Positions 1-11,132 of a DNA stretch of 64,000 nucleotides are shown piece by piece. The notes beneath the pieces are model-generated. The model had not been told where the DNA came from. It did not search any database and saw nothing but the letters and a program-made list of their open reading frames with translations. Position numbers and translations under genes: made by a program. Numbering within the stretch: the stretch's first letter is position 1; the number at the start of each line of letters is the position of its first letter. The stretch is from Elsinoe ampelina (lineage: Eukaryota). Location: contig ML992503.1 of NCBI GenBank assembly GCA_010093995.1, positions 859,234-923,233 on the forward strand. The letters are read 5' to 3'.

Positions 1-1226
1 ACTGCTGAGAGGAGGGGCAGGGAGGGGATGGAGATGAATACGTGGTCGGCTGGGGACCAGCCTGGGGTTATGTCTGGTTTGAGCCGACGGAGATGGTGGA
101 GGAGGGAGGGGCGGGGAGTTGGGAGGGGGAAGTTGGTGGAGAGGAGGAGGGTATGGTTATCTGGGAGAATGGTGAGGTCGGCTTTTGTGGTGTGCCGGGT
201 GAGGAAGAGGCGGTATAGGAGGCGGTCGGTGAGGAAGATGGCGAGGGCGGCGGAGACGTAGGGACGGGTGAAGTCGTGGTGGAAGAAGAGGAAGGAGAGG
301 CCGCCTGTTTGGAGGAGGATGTGGGAGGCGAGGAAGACTTCGTAGAATGCGGCGCGGAAGCTGGCGAGGGAGGTGAGGTAGAGGATCTCGTAGCAGGCGA
401 AGGCGGAGAAGCCGAGCCAAATGATGGGGGAGGAGAGGAGTTGCCAGAAGGTGAAGCCGATGGGGCGGAGCTCGTCGTACCAGATGTAGAGGAAGAGCGT
501 GGCGTGAATGAGGGCGTATAAACAAAGAATCTCTCCGAGCCGACGGTGGAGAATGTTCAGGTTCTCATAGCTGAAGCCAGTCATAGACTTCAAAGGGCAA
601 TTCTTTGCGCTGAAGAGGTATAGCAGAGGTAAATTCGCCACGAATAGTAAGCCAGCTCGGTCGGCAAAGACGTAGACTGCCCAATACACGAACGGGATGT
701 TGTAGAAGAAGAAGAAGGCGTTGAAAAGTATAAACAATGATATTGCCACGCTTGTGAGATTGGCTGGTAGTGTTTTGTTGACAACGGGTATAGGTCGGGG
801 TTGGTACATGAGCCAACTGGAGACTGACCATCTCACGCGAGTGACGAGAGCAGGACGACGTGCAGACCTCTTCTCTTGTTGCCCGAGCAGAGGGCTGGAC
901 TCGTGAATGATCAGAATTTTGCTCTCCGGCCGATCTGCCTGCGGTGCGTTCTCTGTCTTTCGTATATCATTGTCTCGTAAAGTCGTTTTGTTCCTGTTTC
1001 TTCGCGCTCTCATTCGATTTGTCCAATGCCACACGGTGAACCCGAGTATGACAGCCAATACTACCACATTGTAGTATATTAGAAACCTCCGACTGAACAG
1101 AACACCTCGGACAATATTGCGAGAGTTTGGTCTATCTCCTTCTCTTTCCTCTTCCTCCGCGATCGAGTATGCGGCATCCTGTCCAGCTGACTTGAGGGCG
1201 AACCGTGCCAGCTCCAGTTCCGACAT
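1..1226 (-). CDS. Ferric/cupric reductase transmembrane protein (FRE family), runs off the window start
   Basis: Not in the ORF track because there is no stop in the window. Manual minus-strand translation from ATG 1226: MSELELARF...SWLMYQPRPIP...DRAGLLFVANLPLLYLFSAKNCPLKSMTGFSYENLNILHRRLG...LIHA...FYEVFLASHILLQ...FFHH. This gives the ferric reductase TM signature with paired heme-ligand His residues. Confidence 0.88.
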   Translation of the reverse strand, partial: MSELELARFALKSAGQDAAYSIAEEEEREGDRPNSRNIVRGVLFSRRFLIYYNVVVLAVILGFTVWHWTNRMRARRNRNKTTLRDNDIRKTENAPQADRPESKILIIHESSPLLGQQEKRSARRPALVTRVRWSVSSWLMYQPRPIPVVNKTLPANLTSVAISLFILFNAFFFFYNIPFVYWAVYVFADRAGLLFVANLPLLYLFSAKNCPLKSMTGFSYENLNILHRRLGEILCLYALIHATLFLYIWYDELRPIGFTFWQLLSSPIIWLGFSAFACYEILYLTSLASFRAAFYEVFLASHILLQTGGLSFLFFHHDFTRPYVSAALAIFLTDRLLYRLFLTRHTTKADLTILPDNHTLLLSTNFPLPTPRPSLLHHLRRLKPDITPGWSPADHVFISIPSLPLLSA

Positions 1227-1358
1227 ATTCCGCACACAGGAAGTAGCGAGCACGGAATTCGAGGTCGTGTTGGTTTCGCACCACGGCGAGGTCGCCAGGT
1301 GGTATGCAAGTCGAAGATGGTGGCGCGACAGCGGTGCAGGTGATGTAAGATGGTGGTC

Positions 1359-1393
1359 TTATCAGATCAGATTATCAGATCAAGTTATCAGAT
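1359..1393 (-). promoter_or_regulatory. Three ATCTGATAA extended GATA sites (SreA/Sre1-type iron-repression motif ATCWGATAA)
   Basis: TTATCAGAT at 1359-1367, 1372-1380 and 1385-1393 (13-bp period), about 130-170 bp upstream of the ferric reductase ATG. Confidence 0.8.
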
Positions 1394-2758
1394 CGTGGGG
1401 TCCACAGCACGTGAGCCAATCAGCTGATCAGGGTCCGCTCTTGCACGTGCCCATTCTTGCCTCGGCCACGTGCTATCTTACCCTCATCTTCTCGGGCCCA
1501 ATTTGACCTGGCCACAACGTCCCTATGCTCCTGTCCTGTCCTCCACAGACCCCGTCGCTCTCCCGTCTGTTGGCAATCTATCCCGTGACACTGCTTCATC
1601 AACGAAGCACTCGAGATATCGGCCCGTCTTCTGGTAGGGATACGACTCCGCATAGCAATGCGACAACCCGTGAACCCAGACGACATCTGCATTTGATCAA
1701 AACCTCCGAATACATCGCTCGGTCACGCCGAGCCTCGCTTGTTTTCAGTCAAGTCCACCCAAGCTGCTGAAAGCTTCCTTGGCCTATTTATATCTTTGAT
1801 TACCGGTTCCTGGGTTGCACATTCCCCGACCTCCGCATGCCAATCACTTACGAGCCCGCTAGCGTCTTCTGGTAGTTGGCATTGTCTCCGCGCGCCATGT
1901 CGTGAGGTGGTCAAGACGAGTTTGGAGCGGACGTCTCATGTAAGGCAATCACTCCTGTCGGGTCATACCACAAAGACCGCGGCTTGTAGAGCGGCAGACA
2001 CCGATACTTGCCCTGACAAAGCTCGTCTATCTGTATCTATTGTTCAGTGATCAATATCAGAAGAATCGGTAAGCCTCATTCTGGGCTCGGGAAATACAAG
2101 AGCCTTGGAGTCTCCTACTTAAGCGAGCTCATATCCCACGTCCTCCGTAGCATATCATCAAACCCAAAGTCAACCCCCCTGAGCAGTCATGATGTATCTC
2201 ATCTCTGCAGCTTTCCTGAGCGTCTGGCTTGCACTTCTTCTCGGCTACTACTTGATCAATGTACGCCTCAGGTACAATTATCTCTGAATGAACGTCCTCT
2301 ATCCACACTACCAGAGACCGGGCCAAGCAGTTCGCGAGTAGCACGAAGGAGACACTACACCTAGCTCATCATACCGTTTGAGTCACCACGCGAGGCGGTG
2401 GCCATTCCGCTTCACAGGGAGCATAAACATCCTCTTCCCCCTTCACCGCCGGCAGAAGTACTTGCATGGGCCAGGACCTGGGGAGGCGAAGTATGGGCGA
2501 TAGAATGGCTGCATCTGGAGGGTGAAGGTGGAAGGAGAAAACATCAAAGGTTGACCAAAGGATAGGGGCGTGAGGCAGGAAGAACGAGCAGGGTAGAAAA
2601 GAGCAGAGAGCACAGAAGGGAAATCCGAAAGTGTTTAAGGGATCATTGAACGCCACCAATATTTACGCCAGGGCCAACCTCCACTGCGGACGTGAGTCGT
2701 AGCACCATCTAAACACCTGGCAATGCGAACCCAAGTACATAAGCTCGTACGAACACAA

Positions 2759-5700
2759 TCAAGCCCCCTTCCCCTTCTCCCGCCTCCCCTCCGCCCACGT
2801 CACCGCCCTCCCCAACCTCGTCCCCGCCCTATCCAACCTCGTCCCCACCCTCTTCAACGTCCCCACCTTCTCCTCTTCCTCATTCCCCACCACCTCCTCC
2901 TCATCATCACTCTCCCCCTCCCTCACCCTCCTCTTCCTCCTCCTCGACCCCCTCCTCGCCACCTCATTCACAGCCCGATACCCAAAATCCATCTCCCCGA
3001 CCAACGTCCTCACATCCCTCAACAACGCCCTGACATCATCCTCGATACACTTCGTCCCGATCTGGACACACGCAAACGCCGCGAACCCAGGCTCGGCCAC
3101 GTGTCGAATGCTCAGTATATCCCTGTCCATAGCATCGAGGCGAGCAGCGAGGGAGTAAGCCTGCGGCGCACGGAGGTAAGGCGGGAGGGGATTCCCGCTC
3201 GTCACGGACGCGGAGAGGAGGGACAGCAGCGTGGTGCATTCCCTGCTGCTGACGTTTGCGTCGTCGACGAGGGCGCGGAAGTCATGCAGCCATTCGGTGG
3301 CCGAGTCGAGGTTGGCGGGCGTCGGGGAGGGTGCGTCCGGCGGGACGGAGGAGGTGTCGCACATGTCGGCGAAGGTTTGGGAGGCGTGAACTACCAGGGC
3401 GATGAAGTTGAAGATGCTCTGTACGCGGTTGATGATGCGGGTGTAGGTCTCCACGGGAAAGCGGCCGCCGATGGGGACGTCGAATTTGAGGAAGCTGGTG
3501 TGCATGCGGAGGGTTTGGAGGGTAAGGGTGGATTTGGCGTAGATTTTGTTGCGGGCTTTTTCGAGCTGGAAGTAGGGCGAGGATGGGGAGGAGAGGTCGG
3601 CGTCGCCGTGGACGCGGGCGCGGACGGTTTCGTCCATGACGCTGTTGTAGTTGGCGAGGAGGTAGAGGGCTGAGCCGAGGTCGCGGCGGAGCTCGGAGTG
3701 TTCGGAGAGTGGGAAGGGGAAGATGGTCCAGATCCAGGCGAGGAGGAGACCGGCGCTGACAGCTGCAAGGCGGTAAGGGGCCAGGAGGTAGGTCGGGTAG
3801 TAGGCCTGTCCACTCGAGGTCGCTTGGTCTAGTCCTAGGGTCACTGCTTGGATTTCATAGGCAATTATTAGGGTGTTCGTGATAGAGTAGATGAGGCCAA
3901 CCGGGGTAATCTTGGGGAACTTTAAGATGATGAAGAACCCCCAAAGCATGAAGAACCAGTAGAAGACAATGACACCTGCAAATACCCCTCTCACGATATA
4001 CCATGCGACCATGGACGTGCACATTGCTGCGAAAGTGCCAAGCACTCTCAGCACAAAGCCGAAGAGTGACTGCGCAGCCGATGGAGTCATGGAGATCGAG
4101 ACGATCGTCTGGGCCCAGAACAGTCGATGATAGATATAGAATGTCCTTGTGTTGGACAAATACCCCACGACGGCCAGACACATTGTACCGAGTGCCACTC
4201 TCAATCCAAAGACGGACTCTTTCGACCTCAAGAAATGTGGTAGTTTTCTGACAAAGTCACCAAACACTTCCCAAGCAGTCTCTGGTGGCAAGTGCTCGGG
4301 ATCATGTCTTCGTTGATTCGCTCCACCCATGTACACGTTCGAAGCTCGAGATCCATCTTCGTTCATCAGACCACTCGTGTCATCATGGTAGTTATCTTGC
4401 CGATGGCTCATCAGTTGGCGAATGGATTTGCGGAGACGCTTGTATCCAGGAACCACAAGTCGCTTCCTGCTCAGTTTACCGCTGTTCGCTTTCTCATCTG
4501 CGTAGATACAGAACTCGTGGACCCGGTCAGCTATGGATTCCAGAAGGAAATCCATGAAGAGAATTGTATACAGTTGTCGCCGATATCGCTGGCGAGTTTG
4601 AGTCCTTGGGAAGCTGTTGTACCATTCTGGTGTCACTACATCTTCCATCTTCGGGTCCCTGAAGAAGTTCGGCGGGAGTTCGATGCCTCTAGAGTCACAA
4701 AACTGTTTTAGGATGTAGACCTTCTTGCCTTTGAATTCCTGCACCTTCTTGCCAAAGAGCTCGGTGAATCCTGCTTCGCCTGGTGTAGGAGTATCTCCAC
4801 CGTTTTCAAGGTCTGGTAGTGCTTTCTTCTTCTTGAGCAGTTGAAGACTGATGAGGATATGTGCGAAACCGTCATCGATATGACCGGTGATATGTTGAAA
4901 AGGTCCTTTAAGCATGCCTGATATCTGATGCCAGTCCTCTACAGACTGGACACGGCGTCGCTCAGCATCCTCGGCATCCTCGACCAGAGGTGTCTCATCG
5001 GCTAAATCCTGCCAGCCGTGCTGCTCAGTCGTCCGCTCGAAGACGTCATTGAGTGAGCTGTACCCGACCATAATGAAGATCAGTGCCCTCAGCTTGCGAA
5101 AGATGTCTTTCAAGTCGTCGGGGCCAAGTTTCCCATAAGCGACTTCCCGCTTGGCGAAAGGCAGGTCCACACCGAGCTTTGCGTGGACAGCCGTGAGGTC
5201 TGCGAGGATGTCCTTAATCTGTTGCGCTTCCGGCGTCCGTGGTCGGTCAGTCCTACCAGTCGGCGTTCTGGTGAACATATCTCCCTTTTCTAGGCTCTGC
5301 AGAAAATCCACGTTCGCTTTCATCAGCTTACGCATCGTCTGGATGTAAGAGGTCATCTCCTTGAAAACAACACCTCTCATATTCGTCGGGAAAACGAAGA
5401 TCGACACGGCGAAAGCGATGCCAGTTCCAGTGAGCATGGCTTGCAGCAGACGATAGACAAAGGTACTACCAGCTCTCGTGTCCGGGAATTGTGGCGCATA
5501 CGCCATCGTGATGTTGCAGAAGATGCCGATCAAGATCCCAGGCGCATTGAATTGAGGATAGATTGCACGGACAGTATTCAGCGTATAGATCTGTAGAAAG
5601 AGGAACAGCCCAGCTACCGCCGCAGCGGAGGAGTCATATGTCCTTGTGTTGGGCCCATTGAGGACTGCGGACCGTGGTGCTCCTGAAGACGGCGAACGCG

Positions 5701-6100
5701 CTTGTACGCAGCAGAAAATGGCAAAGATACTACCAGCGAAGGATACCACTATAGCAGACAGCAAGATAATAACGCTTTGCACGAATTTGGCTCGAGGTAG
5801 GATGGGAAAGCTGAGGACAGCGGCTAGTGCCACTAGATAGCCAGACGTGGTATATGTCTCTGCGAAGGCAGGCGACTGATATGCTGCTAAAGCAATCGTT
5901 GGGGCGAGTGCTCCTTTGGCCATTGTCTGCAGAGTCGGCAGATCCAGTTTTGTCTTTGTCCATCTTCGACGAAGTTTGTCCAAGATGGATTCCGGCTTTG
6001 TCGAGTTGTCTTGGTCGGTATAGTCATCTGAAAGTTGTGCAGTTGTGGCCTTTGAGAATGTTCTCCCAGACGTCGTTGACTCAGTCGGTCTTCGTTCCAT
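2759..6100 (-). CDS. Multi-pass membrane protein, fungal ArAE/FUSC-like transporter family (Bre4-like architecture)
   Basis: 1113 aa ORF with two hydrophobic TM blocks separated by a long soluble region; motifs FAKREVAYGKLGPDDL, DPEHLPP, LRVLGT, RRDLG. Confidence 0.75.
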   Translation of the reverse strand: MERRPTESTTSGRTFSKATTAQLSDDYTDQDNSTKPESILDKLRRRWTKTKLDLPTLQTMAKGALAPTIALAAYQSPAFAETYTTSGYLVALAAVLSFPILPRAKFVQSVIILLSAIVVSFAGSIFAIFCCVQARSPSSGAPRSAVLNGPNTRTYDSSAAAVAGLFLFLQIYTLNTVRAIYPQFNAPGILIGIFCNITMAYAPQFPDTRAGSTFVYRLLQAMLTGTGIAFAVSIFVFPTNMRGVVFKEMTSYIQTMRKLMKANVDFLQSLEKGDMFTRTPTGRTDRPRTPEAQQIKDILADLTAVHAKLGVDLPFAKREVAYGKLGPDDLKDIFRKLRALIFIMVGYSSLNDVFERTTEQHGWQDLADETPLVEDAEDAERRRVQSVEDWHQISGMLKGPFQHITGHIDDGFAHILISLQLLKKKKALPDLENGGDTPTPGEAGFTELFGKKVQEFKGKKVYILKQFCDSRGIELPPNFFRDPKMEDVVTPEWYNSFPRTQTRQRYRRQLYTILFMDFLLESIADRVHEFCIYADEKANSGKLSRKRLVVPGYKRLRKSIRQLMSHRQDNYHDDTSGLMNEDGSRASNVYMGGANQRRHDPEHLPPETAWEVFGDFVRKLPHFLRSKESVFGLRVALGTMCLAVVGYLSNTRTFYIYHRLFWAQTIVSISMTPSAAQSLFGFVLRVLGTFAAMCTSMVAWYIVRGVFAGVIVFYWFFMLWGFFIILKFPKITPVGLIYSITNTLIIAYEIQAVTLGLDQATSSGQAYYPTYLLAPYRLAAVSAGLLLAWIWTIFPFPLSEHSELRRDLGSALYLLANYNSVMDETVRARVHGDADLSSPSSPYFQLEKARNKIYAKSTLTLQTLRMHTSFLKFDVPIGGRFPVETYTRIINRVQSIFNFIALVVHASQTFADMCDTSSVPPDAPSPTPANLDSATEWLHDFRALVDDANVSSRECTTLLSLLSASVTSGNPLPPYLRAPQAYSLAARLDAMDRDILSIRHVAEPGFAAFACVQIGTKCIEDDVRALLRDVRTLVGEMDFGYRAVNEVARRGSRRRKRRVREGESDDEEEVVGNEEEEKVGTLKRVGTRLDRAGTRLGRAVTWAEGRREKGKGA

Positions 6101-6784
6101 GCTGATGTCCGCGCCGTCTACGGTGGATAGTACGGTGTTTTTAGCATCGATGACCAGTGTCTGTTAGCCATGAGAACCATTCGGACGCGTTGCACTTGTA
6201 TGTATCCTCGGAGTGAGACGCGATCTTGCTGCAGCCGTATCATGTGCAGGGCTGGAAAGGTTTCAGGTGGGGTGAGCATCTACGGTTCGCATCAAAGCAC
6301 CAAGAAATCGGCGCAGGGCTCACGTGCACCAAAAGTAATAACTTGCTCTTAGGACGGGAGTGCATTCATGAATATGCTTTCACGCATGATGTCGTCTAGC
6401 ATGTCATGTCATCGATATACATCGTTCTGGTCCCACCTCCAGCGCGTTCTAGGACTCTATGGTAGTTTCACTCTGCTGTTCGATCCATTTCCCGTCCAGC
6501 GCTTGGACCCGAGCTGAATCGAGCTCATCAGCATTCATGAGCTGGTCGCCAGGCTGATTTTGAAATCTGAGCAGGTGGTATCGCGCCCGTGCCCATCTCA
6601 AGGAGCGTAAACCTGCAGCACCAGGGTATGGGGCCGTCGACAGTCGAGAGCAATCAAAGGACGCTGAGATCTCACTTTCCGAGTCTACGAGGGAGGACAT
6701 CTCTGGATGTACACGTCCCGTCCTGCCATCTGGACACTTAATAATGACCGAGACGTCGCGACTTCCATCTGCCGTTGGGTATGC

Positions 6785-7398
6785 TCAGAGGACCTCGTCA
6801 ACTGGTACCTGTTCTGGGTCGCCTTCCGCTGGCGTGGCCCCAATCGCCGCCAGGCTGTCGAGCACTACATCGTCTACTTCCGCCACGTCTTTTTCAACCT
6901 CATATTCGCCAGGGTCACCATCGGCATGCGTCCGGACATTCGTGGTGACTGGCTTGACCACAATCTTCTCGTTCAAGTCGTCCCAGGCGGCCTAGCAGAC
7001 TGGTCAATGCGATACGTCGTAGCCAGAGTTTTTCACCTACATTTCTTGTCTTGACCTTCTTCTCCCTGAGGTGACTGTCTGCAACTTTCTTGGAGAGCTT
7101 GTCCAGGTTCTGCTCTGCCCTCTCCATTCCCTTCTCTTGCCGGACTCGCTGTTGACGACTCAGTGGCTTCTGTTTCTTCTTCTTGAGTATCCCTCCGTAT
7201 GTGCTCGCATGTCCGCCGGATTCCTTCTCGGTCTTTGTGTCTAGAATAGATTTGTCCACATCGAGTGACGGTGAGGCTGCCCGCCGTGCGGCTCTTGAAT
7301 GGACCGAGATGTCTGATCGACCTATCAGCGAGGTGTTTGATTTCTGAGCATGCATACGCCTCACCACGATTCTTCTTGGATTTGGCGACCCGCGCCAT
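6785..7398 (-). CDS. Alb1-family 60S ribosome biogenesis protein (3 exons)
   Basis: Spliced product MARVAKSKKNR/DISVHSRAARRAASPSLDVDKS...LSRQQRVRQEKGMERAE...KTRN/AAWDDLNEK; two GT-AG introns at about 7309-7364 and 6991-7039. Confidence 0.75.
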
Positions 7399-7711
7399 AA
7401 TGTCTGGGAATTTACGAGCAGTTCATGTGCCCGTGATCAGAATTTCTGCTGCAGGTCATTCAGACCAATAAATTTGGCCGCGGAAGTGAGGGAATGCGCC
7501 GGATCATCCCCGCTAGCGGCAGATCACTGACTCGCGGACAGTTCGCGCGGCTTTGTTCTTCAATTTGCCAGCGTCTTGCTTCCTCCGTTCCAAAGTCATT
7601 CTCAACTGAAGCGCACCCTCAGTGTACAGGCTCTATCACTGGATCCGATCGCACATCGAGAACGCCGAAACCACTTGTTTCAGCGGCGCAAGCAGGCATG
7701 CGCATACAACA

Positions 7712-9814
7712 ATGAGCAGCTACCGTGTCCTTGATGGAGAACGTGGCTTTCGGCATATCAGGCTCGATGATACGACTGGAGTAAGGTACTCGCTGCAGAC
7801 CTGGACCGCCCTTGGATTTGCTCTCATCTACGCCTTTCACGTTCTTGTCAAGCACTTCGACCTTGCAATCCTGTCTCCTGCCGAATTGCTCTGGAATGCC
7901 ACCATCCATGTCATTCCGATCCAGCTGATACAGTTACTGGGTAGAGCGACTGGCATGGCTGTTGACGTCGAGACCAGGATTTCAGAGGCAGGAACGAGAA
8001 GTGAGATGAGGGCAATCAAGAGCGATGCGTTGAGGCAGGTCTTGCGACTAGGCTCGGGCGTGCCGAACATGCCGATAGGCCTCCAAAACCTGAAAGGTCA
8101 ACACACCGCGAGTGCTCCGGCCAAATCAGACAAGCCACCCGGTCTGGGTAATTGGGATAATTCCTGCTATCAGAACAGTATTTTGCAGGGCCTTTCGTCC
8201 CTTCCGAGTTTCGCCAGATTTCTGAATACGTCGACGGCCCTCCTCAGCGACGACGCGACAAGTACCACTGGTTCTTTGCATGCTCTGACAAAGGATCTTA
8301 CCTCACTGGGAAATAATGGCAAGCGAATATGGACGCCCGCAAAGTTGAAGTCCATGTCGAGTTGGCAACAGCAAGATGCGCAAGAATACTACTCTCGGAT
8401 ACTGGACGACGTCGAGAAGGATCTGAAGAAGGTTCTTGGCTCGAAGACCGATCACGTTGGGCTGAAGGTGGTCAACGAGATCGCACAAGGAGAGCGGAAG
8501 CAGGACAACGTCCCTGAACGTGTTGCAGAGAATCCACTAGAAGGATTACTTGGGCAGCGTGTCGGGTGTACGTCTTGTGGCCACTCTGAAGGACTTACTC
8601 TACTACCTTTCAATTGTGTGACTGTCTCCCTTGGTAATGGGCACCGATTTTCTCTTGAGAACCTTCTGGACGAATACACCAACCTTGAGAACATCGATGG
8701 AGTGGAATGCCTCAGCTGCACATTCAAACGTCAAGAGCAACGACTGCAAGCGCTTTTGGGATCGGACGACGCCGCAGCATCAGAGAGTGCAAGTCCAGCG
8801 AAGCCGTCGACTATGCTGCCTGACGCAGTTCAGAAGCAAATCTCGGAGAGATTACAGGCTATTCGCCAGGCAATTGAGGACGGCGAATTCTCAGACCAAG
8901 CAGTCAAGAGGTGTGCCATCACCAAAGATGCCAAGGTGTCGAGCACGAAGACCAAGCAAGTTGTTCTTGCTCGGCCACCAAAATCGCTCACAATCCACGT
9001 CAACCGCAGCATCTTCGACGAAATGACCGGTGCGCTGAGAAAGAACATGGCACGTGTCGACTATCCAAAATACATTTCCCTTAAGCCATGGACATTAGGA
9101 CAGGATCGCCAGTGCGAAGCTGGCTCATTCGAGTCATGGCCATTGACACCAGGTCAGTCACTGGTGTCTCAACATCGGGGTTCGCCTCCCAAAGCATCCC
9201 CTGACTATGTTCTCCGCGCTGTCGTGACACACTACGGTCGACACGAGAACGGCCACTATGTCTGCTACCGACAACATCGCACAGATTCGGGCGCGACTGC
9301 TCAGGACGACGAACAGCAGAAGAAGGCAGATCAATGGTGGCGACTAAGCGATGACGATGTAATTCAAGCGACAGAGGATGAGGTCTTGAAGCAGGGGGGT
9401 GTTTTCATGCTGTTCTATGAACATCTCCCAGCATCTGACATCCCATTGCCTGAGAGAGAGGTCACAATGGAAATCCCTGAGGCTGTGGCTGAAGTCGCAG
9501 CATCAACGAAGGACGTAGATGCTGAAGAGGATGAGAACGTACAACAACCGGATACTTCTGTAGCCTCGAGTGGGCACGACAGCGAGGAAATTGTAACGGT
9601 ATCATCGAACCAGTCTGAGGTAGCACAACCTGTCCTTCCTACAGGCGCTGCTCACATCGATGTGCAAGATGGGTCGAACAATGATAGTAACGAGAGAGGA
9701 CAGAAACAGCAGCCGGTAACGCCACCGCCCCAGATGCTGAGGACCTCACGAGCAAAATCACGCAAGGGGTCCGCGATGCTCACACGGGGTCTGCCCGCAC
9801 TGACTGCGCAGTGA
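7712..9814 (+). CDS. Ubiquitin carboxyl-terminal hydrolase (USP/peptidase C19) with an N-terminal hydrophobic segment
   Basis: Cys box GLGNWDNSCYQNSILQ, QQDAQEY, His box HYGRHENGHY, WWRLSDD. First in-frame ATG is at 7712. Confidence 0.92.
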   Translation: MSSYRVLDGERGFRHIRLDDTTGVRYSLQTWTALGFALIYAFHVLVKHFDLAILSPAELLWNATIHVIPIQLIQLLGRATGMAVDVETRISEAGTRSEMRAIKSDALRQVLRLGSGVPNMPIGLQNLKGQHTASAPAKSDKPPGLGNWDNSCYQNSILQGLSSLPSFARFLNTSTALLSDDATSTTGSLHALTKDLTSLGNNGKRIWTPAKLKSMSSWQQQDAQEYYSRILDDVEKDLKKVLGSKTDHVGLKVVNEIAQGERKQDNVPERVAENPLEGLLGQRVGCTSCGHSEGLTLLPFNCVTVSLGNGHRFSLENLLDEYTNLENIDGVECLSCTFKRQEQRLQALLGSDDAAASESASPAKPSTMLPDAVQKQISERLQAIRQAIEDGEFSDQAVKRCAITKDAKVSSTKTKQVVLARPPKSLTIHVNRSIFDEMTGALRKNMARVDYPKYISLKPWTLGQDRQCEAGSFESWPLTPGQSLVSQHRGSPPKASPDYVLRAVVTHYGRHENGHYVCYRQHRTDSGATAQDDEQQKKADQWWRLSDDDVIQATEDEVLKQGGVFMLFYEHLPASDIPLPEREVTMEIPEAVAEVAASTKDVDAEEDENVQQPDTSVASSGHDSEEIVTVSSNQSEVAQPVLPTGAAHIDVQDGSNNDSNERGQKQQPVTPPPQMLRTSRAKSRKGSAMLTRGLPALTAQ

Positions 9815-10196
9815 GAGATGGTGCGTTCACGATGTCATGAAATTGTTTTAGCATAGCAAGGAGTTTGAATTGTCTCCGGCTAAGGCCGTTGAGCTGGCAG
9901 GGAGGTAACAACGAGGATATCTGTACATTTTGAATGCGAGAATAACGAGTGAACAATCTGCGTGCTTCTCTTCCACTCCAGTCCACCAGACCATGTGTGA
10001 AGTTGTGTGATGGGGGAGAGTGAAAGGGTCCGTGCATGATAATTCTTGGCGCCCACACCCGCTTGTCTGGATTTTGAACTTCAGATCTTGACGAACGACA
10101 GGATTTGCGCCATCACTGTAGAACCGCAACGACAAATCGACAAAGGTATCATTCTCGACATTGCTTTGAACGAGCTTGAATTAACATATTGCAAAG

Positions 10197-10852
10197 ATGG
10201 CCGTTGCAAAGAAACACGTCCCAATCGTCAAGAAGCGTACGTCAATCCTGCCTCCGAAGCACCTCGAAAATTCCCAGCGATCACGAACACCATGAGAAAA
10301 TGGATGGAAGAGCATGAAAGGACAGACGTTGACATTCTGCGATTACAGGCACTGCGCACTTCTGGCGTCACCAGTCCGACCGCTTCAAATGTGTCCCAGC
10401 ATCATGGAGGAAGCCCAAGGGTATCGACAACAGGGTTAGGAGACGATTCAAGGGCCAAGCCGTCATGCCAAAGGTGTGTACATCCATATCCGCGGGATGA
10501 GAAAGAGAAAGAGGACTGTCTCGTGGGACATTGAACAATTAAGGATCAAGGACTGACGGATTGGATCTTAGATCGGTTACGGTTCCAACAAGAAGACCCG
10601 CCACCTCATGCCCTCCGGCCACAAGGCTTTCCTCGTCAACAACGTCCGCGATGTCGAGCTCCTCCTTATGCACAACCGCACATTCGCCGCCGAGTACGTG
10701 GACCACAATCTTCGCAGTGAGGGCAAGCACTAACAAAACCCAGGATTGCCAGCGCCGTCTCATCGCGAAAGAGGATCGAGATTGTCTCCAAGGCGAAGCA
10801 GTTGGGTGTGAAGGTCACGAACGGCAAGGCCAAGCTCACTACCGAGTCGTAG
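10197..10852 (+). CDS. RPL32: 60S ribosomal protein L32 (eL32), 4 coding exons
   Basis: Spliced [131 protein letters not shown]. Confidence 0.97.
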
Positions 10853-11132
10853 ATGGAGCGCGAAAAGCATGGTCTGGGTCGGCGTACTGCGGTTTATTCA
10901 TGGCATATGAAGTAGCCATAGATAAGACAGCTATGGAAGTGATTCTGCATGACAAGTTTTATCCCCTCCATGTTCTATGCTGCGAATGCTTCGGTATGCT
11001 ATGTTATGGTCATGAAGTGCTCCTTCAGCTCATGTTCCCTTCTGAGCCTGGACATCGAAGACCCCGTCGCCTCTCATTGAGCCATGCCACGCCGTGGATG
11101 AATTCTACAACTCTTGATACAACGCCCTCCTC

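Noticed and set aside
157..525. 122 aa minus-strand ORF and overlapping + strand ORFs
   Set aside because: Wrong-frame or antisense shadows of the ferric reductase CDS.
2723..3673. 316 aa + strand Pro-rich then Gly-rich ORF
   Set aside because: Antisense shadow of the transporter 3' end, produced by the C/G skew patch.
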